Shown: piece by piece, positions 19,640-29,116 of the stretch
Layout of the letters: every line of letters starts with the position of its first letter
How positions within the stretch are numbered: position 1 is the stretch's first letter
Assembly (NCBI GenBank): GCA_049319825.1
Contig: JBMORT010000002.1
Coordinates: forward strand, 114,002 to 178,001
Direction of reading: 5' to 3'
DNA: 64,000 bases
Source: Patescibacteria group bacterium
GTDB lineage: Bacteria; Patescibacteriota; Patescibacteriia; UBA11705; DATKZF01
Notes under the pieces: model-generated
Seen by the model: only the letters and a program-made list of their open reading frames with translations
What the model was told of the DNA's origin: nothing
The model's database searches: none
Position numbers and translations under genes: made by a program

Positions 19640-20395
19640 TTAAGCCGCTTCGATTGGTTTATTTTCCGCGCTGTCGTTTTTATCCGATTTTTTTTTGAAG
19701 AAAATCAGTTGCTGTAGAGCGGTTAAAATTGTGGTGACGAACCAATAAAGCGCCAGGCCGCCCGGTAGCTGTAGGCCGATCAAAAACGTGATAATCGGCA
19801 TGAAATATTTCATTGATTTATTCAATCCGGAAAGCATGGCCTCGTCTTTTGAGCCGGAGTCGACTTTCTGGGGGGTTGGACCGGTCGGCAGCATTTTTGT
19901 CTGAATGAATTGAGCGACGGCCGCTAAACCGGCCAAAACAGTGCTGGGTACGGCGAGGTCAATGATACCAAAAGATATAGAATTGATATGTCCGGGATTT
20001 TGGATGAACGAGTAGAGCATGTCTTGGCCACCATTTGTCAGACCGGTTCTGAAAACCTGATAGACGGCGAATAAAAATGGCAGCTGGATCAACAATGGGA
20101 GGCATGAAGATAATGGATTGACTTTTTGCTCTTTATAAAGCTTCATCGTCTCCTCGGTCAATTTTTGCTTATCACCTTTATATTTATTTTTTAAAGCTGT
20201 GAGTTTCGGCTGGAGAGATTGCATCTCCCGCTGTGATTTTATGGCCTGTTGCGACAGCGGCAGCAGTAATATTTTAATAATTACGGTTAGAGCGATTATC
20301 GCCAGACCGATGTCATTGCCGGGAATGACATCATACAGCCAGATGAGCAGATTATAGAGAGGCTGGTATAAGACGGTATTGAATAGTTGAGTCAT
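19640..20395 (-). CDS. yidC: membrane protein insertase YidC/Oxa1 (short form)
   Basis: 251 aa, 5 TM-type hydrophobic blocks, conserved LPLLIQLPFLFAVY region. Confidence 0.8.
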   Translation of the reverse strand: MTQLFNTVLYQPLYNLLIWLYDVIPGNDIGLAIIALTVIIKILLLPLSQQAIKSQREMQSLQPKLTALKNKYKGDKQKLTEETMKLYKEQKVNPLSSCLPLLIQLPFLFAVYQVFRTGLTNGGQDMLYSFIQNPGHINSISFGIIDLAVPSTVLAGLAAVAQFIQTKMLPTGPTPQKVDSGSKDEAMLSGLNKSMKYFMPIITFLIGLQLPGGLALYWFVTTILTALQQLIFFKKKSDKNDSAENKPIEAA

Positions 20396-20460
20396 AGTGA
20401 TTTTCCGGAAAATTTATAAACGATATTTTTGGTGAAAAGAGGATAAAGACAGTTAAATAT

Positions 20461-21774
20461 TTATTTTGTTGATTTCTTTTTAGTTTTGTCTTTTTTTTCC
20501 GCCTTGGTTTTTTTCTTCGCCTTTTCCTCTTGCGGTTCAGTTTCGTTGTTTTCCTCGACTTCCTTGGCTGATTGTTCCTGAATTTCTTTCGGTTGTTTCG
20601 GAGACTCCTGCTCGGCTTTGATTTCTTTTCCGGATTCCTGCTCAACAATATTGATCCGCCAACCGGTCAATTTCGACGCCAGCCGGACGTTTTGGCCGTC
20701 TCGGCCGATAGTCAGCGAAAGCTGATCCCCGGGCACAGTGACCTTGGCGGTCATGATTTTTTCATCCAGATTGATCGAGCTGATCTTAGCCGGCAACAGG
20801 GCATTGGCGATGTACTTTGACGGATTATTTTCAAATTTTATGATATCGATTTTTTCACCGTTTAGTTCGCCGATTATTGTCTGAATTCTGGCGCCTTTTT
20901 GGCCGACGCAAGAGCCGATCGGATCGATGCTGTCACTATCGGTGAAAACCGCCACCTTTGACCTTGAGCCGGCTTCTCTGGCAATGCCTTTGATGTCGAT
21001 AATGCCGCTGGCCACTTCCGGAATTTCCAGCTGGAAAAGTTTTTTGACAAAATTTTCCGAATTTCTGGAAACGATAATTTCCGGCCCCTTGGTGGTCAGT
21101 GAGACGGATACCACATAAACCTTGATGCGTTCCCCGATTCGATATCGCTCAGACCGAACTTGTTGATCCGGCGGCATGATAACGGTGACATGGTCGACAT
21201 CAATTAAAAAGTTTGGTCCTTCGCGCTTTTGAATTATGCCGTTGAGCAGCTGGCCTTCTTTTTCTTTAAAGTCCTGATACAGCACATTACGTTCCGCTTC
21301 TCTCAGCCTTTGAATGATCACTTGTTTGGCGGTTTGCGCGGCCATGCGGCCAAAATCGCCGGGCACTTCCAGCTCGGTTTTTAAAATATCGCCGATTTTT
21401 GCCGTTTTCTTTAGTTGCTTCGCCTCTTTTAGCTCCAATTCTGTTTTCGGGTTAAATCTGCGGATTTCTTCATGAAGCGGCATGTCTTCCGGCTTGACTC
21501 CCTGCTCGCGCAGTTCTTCTCTTTCCTTCCTGAGTTCCTCGATCGCCGCCAATTCTTCCTCGGTCAGATCGGCGACCACTTCTTTGATGTCAAAAACCTG
21601 AAATTGACCGGTGTTCATGTCCAGTTCAACTTTTATATTTTGATTCTTGTCGCCATAATCTTTACGGTAGGCGGCCGCGAGCGCCGATTCAATCGTTTCA
21701 ATCACGGACTCTTCTGGAATATTTTTTTCCGCGCAAATTTGTTTAATGGCAATTCTAACTTCGTCTGTCAACAT
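20461..21774 (-). CDS. nusA: transcription termination/antitermination factor NusA
   Basis: N-terminal NusA domain, S1 and KH regions, long charged C-terminal tail. Confidence 0.9.
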   Translation of the reverse strand: MLTDEVRIAIKQICAEKNIPEESVIETIESALAAAYRKDYGDKNQNIKVELDMNTGQFQVFDIKEVVADLTEEELAAIEELRKEREELREQGVKPEDMPLHEEIRRFNPKTELELKEAKQLKKTAKIGDILKTELEVPGDFGRMAAQTAKQVIIQRLREAERNVLYQDFKEKEGQLLNGIIQKREGPNFLIDVDHVTVIMPPDQQVRSERYRIGERIKVYVVSVSLTTKGPEIIVSRNSENFVKKLFQLEIPEVASGIIDIKGIAREAGSRSKVAVFTDSDSIDPIGSCVGQKGARIQTIIGELNGEKIDIIKFENNPSKYIANALLPAKISSINLDEKIMTAKVTVPGDQLSLTIGRDGQNVRLASKLTGWRINIVEQESGKEIKAEQESPKQPKEIQEQSAKEVEENNETEPQEEKAKKKTKAEKKDKTKKKSTK

Positions 21775-22019
21775 AATTTTTATAAATTAATCATTTATTA
21801 AAAAAGGCCAGTTTATTCAACTAGCCCGATATATTATGTATATCATAAAATGAGGAACAGTGCAAGCTAGAATCAGCAGGCGATACCGGATAAGTGAAAA
21901 ATCAGGAAAGATAAATTATTGAGTCATTTTGTCATATTGTTGATTATTTCATTTAAATTGTGTCAGATTACAGTCTTGCCAAAAAAAAAGCTTTGTGTTA
22001 AGCTATGCTAAAGTATTAA

Positions 22020-22136
22020 TAATTAAGCGGTTTTGTTGCCCAAACAGCCTCGAACTCGATATCCTCGATGCCGGGTCTGCGGGCAAGCCATCAATATGCC
22101 TCTAGCCTGTTGCAGAGCCGCTTTATTTGAACAATT
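22020..22136 (+). promoter_or_regulatory. GC-rich structured 5' leader of rpsF (candidate S6:S18 autoregulatory leader)
   Basis: About 110-nt GC-rich segment (gcggttttgttgcccaaacagcctcgaactcgatatcctcgatgccgggtctgcgggcaagcc…gagccgcttt) in an AT-rich spacer. Ends pair (AAGCGGtt / AGCCGCTT). Confidence 0.4.
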
Positions 22137-22646
22137 ATGAATGAAAAAAAGCATTATGAAATGCTCTACCTGGTGCCGTCAAAATTCGCGCAAAATGAGC
22201 TGGAGCAGATTATTGAAAAGATCAATAAAATCGTTAAAGATCATGGCGGAGAAATAACGAACAACAGCGTATTTGCCAAACAAAAATTGGCCTACCCGAT
22301 AAAAGGGGTTCATCAGGGAGTTTATTTGCTGGTTGAATTCGACGCTGAAACTCAGTCAGTTAAAAAAATTGACGGTATTTTGCGGTTGACGAATGAAGTG
22401 CTCAGGCACATGATTGTTTCCAAAAAGAAAATGACACCGGAAGAAATTGCCGAGGAAAAGGAGCGTCAAGCCAAAATAGCGGAAAAAGAAACCAAGAAAA
22501 AAGAAGAAGAAATTAAAAAACAGGTTGAGGAAATCAAGGAAGAAAAAGAAACGCCGAAAGAAGCTTCAAAGAAAGAAAAGGTCAGCCTAGAAGACCTCGA
22601 CAAAAAACTAGATGAAATTTTAAAAGACGATATTGGAGGGGTATAA
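22137..22646 (+). CDS. rpsF: 30S ribosomal protein S6 with K/E-rich C-terminal extension
   Basis: N-terminal S6 fold sequence (HYEMLYLVPS…). Operon with ssb and rpsR. Confidence 0.85.
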   Translation: MNEKKHYEMLYLVPSKFAQNELEQIIEKINKIVKDHGGEITNNSVFAKQKLAYPIKGVHQGVYLLVEFDAETQSVKKIDGILRLTNEVLRHMIVSKKKMTPEEIAEEKERQAKIAEKETKKKEEEIKKQVEEIKEEKETPKEASKKEKVSLEDLDKKLDEILKDDIGGV

Positions 22647-22849
22647 TTATTTATGAATAAGTGTTGCAAGCTTTTAAGAGTGCGCGTTGGCGATGGAGTT
22701 AGAAAACAGTTATTTGGAAAATAGAAAGTTGTAATGGCCATTGGAAAACGGAAAATATATTCCAATACTGACTAATTTCCAATTTCTAAACAACCAATTT
22801 CCCAACATCTAATCTTATTTGTCCGGCAACCGATATTCGCAAAGATTTT

Positions 22850-23317
22850 ATGAACTTAAATAAAGCGATGATCATCGGCAATTTGACCCGAGACCCGGAA
22901 ACCAGAACGACCACGCAGGGTTTGGTGGTCACGACCTTTTCCGTGGCGACGAATTTGGTTTGGACGGATTCAAACGGTCAGCGTCAAGAAAAAGCCGAAT
23001 ACCATAACGTGGTCGCTTGGCGAAAGCTCGGCGAAATTTGTTCTCAATATTTAAAAAAAGGCGGCAAAGTGTACATCGAAGGCCGGCTCCAAACCAGAGA
23101 CTGGGAAGGGCAGGACGGTGTGCGTCGCTATCGAACCGAGATTGTGGCGGAAAACATGATTATGCTTGATCGTCCCGGATCGGCTGCGGCGACCTCAAGC
23201 GCGCCGGCGCCGTCGGACAACGATACTTTTATCCCCCAAGAACCGGCGTCAAGCGATCAAGGTCGAACCCAGGATAACGATTCAGAAGAAATCAAAATCG
23301 AGAATATTCCGTTTTAA
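22850..23317 (+). CDS. ssb: single-stranded DNA-binding protein
   Basis: OB-fold core (AWRKLGEICSQYLKKGGKVYIEGRLQTRDWE), acidic tail ending IPF. Confidence 0.9.
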   Translation: MNLNKAMIIGNLTRDPETRTTTQGLVVTTFSVATNLVWTDSNGQRQEKAEYHNVVAWRKLGEICSQYLKKGGKVYIEGRLQTRDWEGQDGVRRYRTEIVAENMIMLDRPGSAAATSSAPAPSDNDTFIPQEPASSDQGRTQDNDSEEIKIENIPF

Positions 23318-23451
23318 AAAACGCGGGGGCGCGCAATAATGATCGGCGCTTCTCGACATGAGTCGAAGATCGGATTGTCATTAAGAATATTCGCCTGTTA
23401 AAATCGCCCCGAAGCGGGCCGTTCAGTGCAATTAACAATCAACAATCATTT

Positions 23452-23679
23452 ATGAGAAAAAATATTAATGAAAAAAAACCTAAAGCGTGCTATTTGTGCG
23501 TTAACAATTTATCGGGAATTGATTACAAAGACGCGCAGACCCTGCAGAAATTCATTTCGTCATATGGCAAAATCGCGCCGCGACGACGTAGCGGTTTATG
23601 CGCCAAACACCAGCGCAAAGTGGCGGAGGCGGTCAAGCGCGCCAGAGTGATGGCTCTCCTGCCGTTCGCGGTTAAATAA
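23452..23679 (+). CDS. rpsR: 30S ribosomal protein S18
   Basis: 75 aa; CYLC…IDYKD…[21 protein letters not shown]. Confidence 0.9.
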   Translation: MRKNINEKKPKACYLCVNNLSGIDYKDAQTLQKFISSYGKIAPRRRSGLCAKHQRKVAEAVKRARVMALLPFAVK

Positions 23680-23700
23680 AAATTAAATCAGTTTTATCTT

Positions 23701-24267
23701 ATGAGCACCATTGATTCACTTCACGGCATTAAAATCGGAACAACTTTAAATTACGAGGGAGAACCTTATGTGGTTGTTTCCGCCAATTTTATGCGTTGCC
23801 AGCAGCGAAAGCCGGTCATGCAGACGAAAATGAAAAATTTAATCAACGGAAAAGTGATCGAGTATAATTTCAAGCCCGGAGAAAAGATCGAAACCGCGGA
23901 TTTGGCCAGAAACAGCGCCAATTATCTTTATTCGGACGGTGATGAAAGTTATTTCATGGATAACGAAACTTTTGAACAGTTTTCCTTGGGCAAAGAGATT
24001 GTCGGCGCCATGACCAATTATTTGATGGACGGTCAGGATGTTGACGTGTTGAAATTCGAAGGCAAGCCGGTATCCATTGATCTGCCGAAAAAAGTCGATC
24101 TGAAAGTCACGGAGGCGCCTCCGGGAATAAAGGGTGATAGCTCGCAGGGAGCGACCAAGCAAATCACGGTGGAAACGGGCCTGCAGCTCCAAGCCCCGTT
24201 GTTCATCAAAGAAGGGGACGTGATCAGAATCAATACCGAGACGGGGGAGTACGTGGAGAGAGTGTAG
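23701..24267 (+). CDS. efp: elongation factor P
   Basis: 188 aa, KPG motif region (FKPGEK), three OB-like domains. Confidence 0.9.
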   Translation: MSTIDSLHGIKIGTTLNYEGEPYVVVSANFMRCQQRKPVMQTKMKNLINGKVIEYNFKPGEKIETADLARNSANYLYSDGDESYFMDNETFEQFSLGKEIVGAMTNYLMDGQDVDVLKFEGKPVSIDLPKKVDLKVTEAPPGIKGDSSQGATKQITVETGLQLQAPLFIKEGDVIRINTETGEYVERV

Positions 24268-24270
24268 CGT

Positions 24271-24418
24271 AAATTCTAAGCACGAAATTCTAAATCCTAA
24301 ACAATATCTAAATTTTAATTTTCCAATGTCCCAAACAATTATATTCGCAGTTTGGAATTTAGGGTTTAGATATTAAAATTTGTTTAGAGTTTAGATATTA
24401 GAATTTAGGATTTTAAAA
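24271..24418. repeat. family A intergenic element copy
   Basis: AAATTCTAAGCACGAAATTCTAAATCCTAAACAATATCTAAAT … ATTTAGGGTTTAGATATT…GTTTAGAGTTTAGATATTAGAATTTAGGATTT (imperfect long inverted repeat). Confidence 0.55.
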
Positions 24419-24421
24419 AGA

Positions 24422-24444
24422 CAGGCCGGGTGGCCTGCTTTTTT
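24422..24444. terminator. bidirectional terminator between efp and the convergent gene
   Basis: CAGGCCGGGTGGCCTG flanked by AAAAAG and TTTTTTT. Confidence 0.6.
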
Positions 24445-24452
24445 TAGAAATT

Positions 24453-25190
24453 TTAGTTGGCTTTCGGCAGATAGCTCAGATCGCTGTCGCTGATCCCCAG
24501 CCCCAGCTCTCGCATGATCTTGAATGCGTCGTCAGGCTTCCCGAGATAGTATTTTTTTCTGTCCTTGGGAAAGATATAGTACGCCTTGCCCATGTCTTCG
24601 ACATCAAGCAATATTCTGCCGATCACGTGTTCCGGCCATGTTTTTGTTTCATGAATAAATTTGTGAGTTGCGCCCAAACTCAGCTCGCGCATTATTTTGA
24701 AGGCGTCCGCTGGCCGTCCCAAATAATAACCCCGGCCATCCACCGGGTGATAATAATATGCCTCACCCTTGCTCTGAACCTGTAAAAAAATGTAGCCGAT
24801 ATATGGTCTGAGGTTTGGAGCGACCTTTGAGGTGGTCGTTTTGGTTGTAGTTGTCGTTGTTTTCGTAGCAGGCGATGTTATTTGTTTATCGGTTAGCGAC
24901 ATTAATCTGGCGCCGACCCAGCCGATAGTGCCGTCGGACAGCTTGACTTTGTACCAGCCGTCGGTTTCACCGATGATTTTAATGACCGATCCCTGCGGCA
25001 CGGTTGTTAAAATGGTCGTTCCCTCCATGCACGGATTGTTACGGACAAACGCGCTGGTGTCCACGTGGCCGTTTAAATTGCGATCATAGATCGGGTCTTG
25101 ATAACATCCCTCGCCGGCAAAAACTGCTGCCGGAGCAATTAAAAGCACTGAGCAGACAATTGCCAGGAAGAATAATGATTTCTTTGACAT
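24453..25190 (-). CDS. secreted SH3b-domain protein with a Thr-rich linker and two copies of a 30-aa repeat
   Basis: Signal peptide. GWYKVKLSDGTIGWV (SH3_3-like). TTTTTTKTTTS linker. Repeat GEAYYYHPVDGRGYYLGRPADAFKIMRELSLG / GKAYYIFPKDRKKYYLGKPDDAFKIMRELGLG. Confidence 0.6.
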   Translation of the reverse strand: MSKKSLFFLAIVCSVLLIAPAAVFAGEGCYQDPIYDRNLNGHVDTSAFVRNNPCMEGTTILTTVPQGSVIKIIGETDGWYKVKLSDGTIGWVGARLMSLTDKQITSPATKTTTTTTKTTTSKVAPNLRPYIGYIFLQVQSKGEAYYYHPVDGRGYYLGRPADAFKIMRELSLGATHKFIHETKTWPEHVIGRILLDVEDMGKAYYIFPKDRKKYYLGKPDDAFKIMRELGLGISDSDLSYLPKAN

Positions 25191-25244
25191 AATTATATTT
25201 TAATTATTAATTTCATCTATGAAGACGGTCAAGTTGTCGCTGCG

Positions 25245-25676
25245 TTACTCGCGGTTAATGAATTTTAAGGCAATGGAATTTATGCAATAGCGTTTGCCGG
25301 TCGGTTTTGGGCCGTCGTCAAAGACATGGCCAAGATGCGCGCCGCAGCGGGCGCATTTGACCTCGGTTCGCGGATAACCCAAGCTAGTGTCTTTTTCGTG
25401 ATTGACATTATGCTCATCGAGCGGCTGAAAAAAACTGGGCCAGCCGGTGCCCGATTCGAATTTTGTTTCAATTAAAAATAAATCAGTGTCGCAGCAGACG
25501 CATTTATAAAGCCCTGAGCTGCGTTTTTCCGTCGAGCAAGTAAAAGGAATTTCCGTGCCTTTTTCTCTGGTCACGTGATACTGCTCGGGCGTTAGTATGT
25601 TTTTCCATTCGGCAACGGATTTTTTGACCGGCGCCAGCTCAACTAATTTATTTTGATGGTAATCGAATATTTGCAT
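25245..25676 (-). CDS. msrB: peptide-methionine (R)-S-oxide reductase MsrB
   Basis: Two CxxC pairs and [14 protein letters not shown] catalytic region. Confidence 0.9.
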   Translation of the reverse strand: MQIFDYHQNKLVELAPVKKSVAEWKNILTPEQYHVTREKGTEIPFTCSTEKRSSGLYKCVCCDTDLFLIETKFESGTGWPSFFQPLDEHNVNHEKDTSLGYPRTEVKCARCGAHLGHVFDDGPKPTGKRYCINSIALKFINRE

Positions 25677-25955
25677 ATATTTTTATTATATAACATCATT
25701 GGCCTGTAAACAAATGTATCAAAAAAGTCCCGCGAGGGACGCCATCTCTTTAATCTGTAATCTATTTCTTTTCTCTTTGCTATTTTATCTTTAATCTTTT
25801 TTGGCCGCGCCATCCGAAGCGCGCGCAAAAGTCGATACGAACTTTTTAATCAGGTCGTTCTTCGCTAAAGCTTCCTCCGCCGCTCCTTGAGCTTCGGAGG
25901 ACAAGTCGAACGACAACCTTCGCTATCCTGTCTGCCGACAGGCAGGCGCGAAGGA

Positions 25956-26030
25956 TGGTACCGCCACGGGGAATCGAACCCCGGTTACCAGGATGAAAAC
26001 CTGGTGTCCTAACCACTAGACGATGGCGGC
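25956..26030 (-). tRNA. tRNA-Glu (anticodon UUC), CCA encoded
   Basis: Cloverleaf fitted by hand: acceptor GCCGCCA / UGGCGGU, D-loop AGUGGUUA, anticodon loop UUUUCAU, T-loop UUCGAUU, 3' ACCA. Confidence 0.85.
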
Positions 26031-26282
26031 ATATTGTTAAAAATTCTCTAATAAAATCGGGGCTAACCACTAGCTTGCCGGCCGCAGCTTTAGCGCAGGC
26101 CGGACGATGGCGGCATATTGTTAAAAATTCTCTAATAAAATCGGGGCTAACCACTAGCTTGCCGGCCGCAGCTTTAGCGCAGGCCGGACGATGGCGGCAT
26201 ATTGTCAAAAATTCTCTAATAAAATCGGGGCAAACCACTAGCTTGCCGGCCGTAGCTTTAGCGCAGGCCGGATGATGGCGGT
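26019..26282. repeat. tandem array of 84-bp units (3 full units plus a partial 4th) abutting the tRNA-Glu 5' end
   Basis: Period of 84 bp between successive CGATGGCGGC words at 26021, 26105 and 26189. Units differ by 3 SNPs. On the tRNA strand each unit is GCCGCCATCGTC + 29-nt hairpin insert + CTAGTGGTTAG + AT-rich sequence. Confidence 0.85.
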
Positions 26283-26487
26283 TTGGAAATCAAAGAATTT
26301 TGAATAAAATAACGATATTATTATAGCAATTATAAAATCGGGTGTCAACATTTGTATTTTTTGAAATACTTGAAAAAATTTAATAAATCGGCTAGAATAA
26401 GAAGGAATTAATAACATGGAGCATGGAACATGGATCATGGATCAAATTGATATGTGATACGTGATACATGATTCGTGACGAAAAAAT

Positions 26488-26730
26488 ATGGGCGTTCCCA
26501 AACATCGAAAAACCCATTCAAAAACCAGAATGGGCAGGTCTCACAAAAAATTGCGCACTTCACAAGCTTCTGTCTGCCCGAATTGCCAGCAGCCGATCCG
26601 ACCCCATCGCGCCTGCGTCGCCTGCGGTTATTATAAAGGCAAGCAGGTGATCAGAACCAAGGAAGAAGTGATCACCAAACGAACGGCGAAAAGAAAAGCC
26701 AAGGAAGAAAAAGCCAAAGGCAAGAAATAG
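26488..26730 (+). CDS. rpmF: 50S ribosomal protein L32 with C-terminal extension
   Basis: MGVPKHRKTHSKTRMGRSHKK… and CxxC…CxxC zinc ribbon. Confidence 0.85.
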   Translation: MGVPKHRKTHSKTRMGRSHKKLRTSQASVCPNCQQPIRPHRACVACGYYKGKQVIRTKEEVITKRTAKRKAKEEKAKGKK

Positions 26731-26918
26731 TGGCATCGAGGCTGGTGAATTCATACCAACGATACTAATAATCCGAATTATTCCAGAAGCGTGTTATCGC
26801 TTGTCGGCGAATATTTGCAAGTCAGATTTTGGTCATATGTTTATGATTTTCATTCCCCGGTTTCCCGTTACCAATTTCTAATTTCATAACCGGCTTCTGT
26901 AATTCGAGTCTTTTAAAT

Positions 26919-28928
26919 ATGTCTATCGCTATCATTCTCTCTCTCATCGCTGCGGGACTGGCCATCGCCTATGGCTTAGTGCTGATCAGCTCAATTTTAA
27001 AGAAAAGTCCGGGTTCGGAAAAAATGCAGGATATAGCCAAAGCCATTCAGGATGGCGCTTCCGCATACCTGAATCGTCAATCCAGAACCGTCACGATCAT
27101 CGCGGTTGTTATTGCCGTGTTATTATGGGTCGGGCTGGGCTGGAAAACCGCGGTCGGATTTTTAATCGGCGCCATATTATCCGGCTTAGCCGGTTATATC
27201 GGCATGAATATTTCGGTTAGAGCCAATGTGCGCACGGCGGAAGCGGCCAAGCAGGGTTTGGCCAAAGCGTTAAATGTCGCGGTCAAAGGTGGAGCGGTAG
27301 CCGGCCTGTTAGTCGTCGGGCTAGGCTTGCTGGGAGTGGCCGGATATTTTGCCATCACCGGCGATATTAAATCATTGATCGGACTCGGATTTGGCGGCAG
27401 CCTGATTTCGGTTTTTTCGAGACTTGGCGGAGGTATTTATACCAAGGCGGCTGACGTCGGCGCTGACTTGGTGGGAAAAGTGGAGGCCGGAATCCCCGAA
27501 GATGATCCGCGAAACCCGGCGGTGATCGCCGATAATGTCGGCGATAATGTCGGCGACTGCGCGGGCATGGCCGCTGATCTTTTCGAGACGTACGCCGTGA
27601 CCACCGTGGCGGCGATGCTGCTCGGCGCGTTGACTTTCCAGGGATTTGACAATGGTTTGATGTACCCGCTGATGTTGGGCGCGGCCGCGATTGTCGCGTC
27701 GATCATCGGCACTTTCTTTATTAAACTCAGTTCCAAAAAAAATATCATGGGAGCATTGTATAAAGGATTGATCGCCGCGGGTGTTTTGGCCGCCATTGCT
27801 TTTTATCCGATCACCGATTGGCTGATGGGCGATAACACCTTGTATTCGGTTTTAAATTTATTTTTATGCACGATAATCGGCTTGGTTGTTACCGGCGCGC
27901 TGGTGGTCATTACCGATTACTACACTTCAAAAAAATACGCGCCCGTTAAATCAATCGCCGAGGCTTCAAAGACCGGGCACGGCACCAATATCATCGCCGG
28001 ATTGGCCGTATCCATGAAAGCGACCGCCTGGCCGATAATTATTATCGCGGCGGCAGTTTTAGGGTCATATTGGCTAGCCGGTTTATACGGCATTGCCATT
28101 GCGGCCATGGCCATGTTATCGATGACCGGTATAATCGTCACCATTGATTCATACGGACCGATTACGGATAATGCCGGAGGTATTGCTGAAATGGCCGAAC
28201 TGCCGGAAGAAATAAGAAATACGACCGATGCCTTGGACGCGGTGGGCAATACTACGAAAGCCGTGACTAAAGGATATGCCATCGGCTCGGCCGGATTAGC
28301 CGCGCTGGTGTTATTCGCCGATTTTACTCATGCGATATCGGCAGGCAGTGAAACCCAGCTGCAATTTTTACTGAGCGATCCGAAAGTGCTGATCGGCTTA
28401 TTCCTTGGGGGACTTTTACCTTTCTATTTCGGAGCTCTGGCAATGAGCGCGGTTGGTAAAACCGCCGGCAAAGTGGTCGAAGAAGTCAGAAGACAATTTC
28501 GGGAAATTAAAGGTATCATGGAGCGGACAGCCAAGCCGGATTATAGCGCGGCCGTTGATATCGTTACCAGATCGGCGCTGAAACAAATGATCGTGCCGGC
28601 GCTGATCCCGGTGGTTGTTCCGATCTTGGTCGGTCTGTTGCTCGGCCCACTCGCCCTTGGCGGGTTATTGGTCGGCAGCATCATTACCGGTTTGTTTGTG
28701 GCAATATCGATGACGACCGGCGGCGGCGCTTGGGACAATGCCAAAAAATATATTGAATCAGGACACCTGGGCGGCAAGGGTTCGGCAGCTCATCAAGCGG
28801 CCGTAACCGGCGACACTGTCGGCGATCCTTATAAGGATACCGCGGGTCCGGCCATCAATCCGATGATTAAGGTGTTGAACATTGTCGCGCTGCTGATCGT
28901 GGGGTTGATAATACATTTCTGGATGTAA
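26919..28928 (+). CDS. hppA: membrane-bound H+/Na+-translocating pyrophosphatase
   Basis: 669 aa polytopic. [41 protein letters not shown], and C-terminal [14 protein letters not shown] motifs. Confidence 0.9.
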   Translation: MSIAIILSLIAAGLAIAYGLVLISSILKKSPGSEKMQDIAKAIQDGASAYLNRQSRTVTIIAVVIAVLLWVGLGWKTAVGFLIGAILSGLAGYIGMNISVRANVRTAEAAKQGLAKALNVAVKGGAVAGLLVVGLGLLGVAGYFAITGDIKSLIGLGFGGSLISVFSRLGGGIYTKAADVGADLVGKVEAGIPEDDPRNPAVIADNVGDNVGDCAGMAADLFETYAVTTVAAMLLGALTFQGFDNGLMYPLMLGAAAIVASIIGTFFIKLSSKKNIMGALYKGLIAAGVLAAIAFYPITDWLMGDNTLYSVLNLFLCTIIGLVVTGALVVITDYYTSKKYAPVKSIAEASKTGHGTNIIAGLAVSMKATAWPIIIIAAAVLGSYWLAGLYGIAIAAMAMLSMTGIIVTIDSYGPITDNAGGIAEMAELPEEIRNTTDALDAVGNTTKAVTKGYAIGSAGLAALVLFADFTHAISAGSETQLQFLLSDPKVLIGLFLGGLLPFYFGALAMSAVGKTAGKVVEEVRRQFREIKGIMERTAKPDYSAAVDIVTRSALKQMIVPALIPVVVPILVGLLLGPLALGGLLVGSIITGLFVAISMTTGGGAWDNAKKYIESGHLGGKGSAAHQAAVTGDTVGDPYKDTAGPAINPMIKVLNIVALLIVGLIIHFWM

Positions 28929-29002
28929 TTACAAATAATTACAAATGACAAACGCATGAGAATGATTACAAATAATTACGAATAATTACAAATATAAAAA
29001 AA

Positions 29003-29030
29003 GTGCTCCGGAAGGGGCGCTTTTTCTCTT
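29003..29030 (+). terminator. terminator after hppA
   Basis: GTGCTCC-GGAA-GGGGCGC (GNRA loop, two G-U pairs) followed by TTTTTCTCTTTT. Confidence 0.6.
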
Positions 29031-29116
29031 TTCACCTTTTTTATTCAGTCATTGACAAAGAAAATTGCGTTTAGTAAAGTTAAGTGAGCTGTAGCGCAAA
29101 GAGGAGGTAGCCAGGA

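Noticed and set aside
20352-20648. 98-aa Lys/Arg-rich ORF
   Set aside because: It is the antisense or offset frame of the charged NusA C-terminal tail and the yidC 3' end. Its low-complexity KR-rich text is a reading-frame artefact.
25846-26275. ORFs of 130 aa (minus) and 66 aa (plus) with repeated peptide SPDFIREFLTICRHRPACAKAAAGKLVV
   Set aside because: They are simply translations of the 84-bp tandem DNA repeat next to tRNA-Glu. The periodic identical peptide, the overlap with the tRNA, and the absence of an RBS argue against coding.
26919-28928. Internal minus-strand ORFs within hppA, rpoB, rpoC, copA and gyrA (many 60-240 aa)
   Set aside because: They are nested antisense ORFs inside long, well-supported genes. 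They lack RBS and have biased low-complexity composition.
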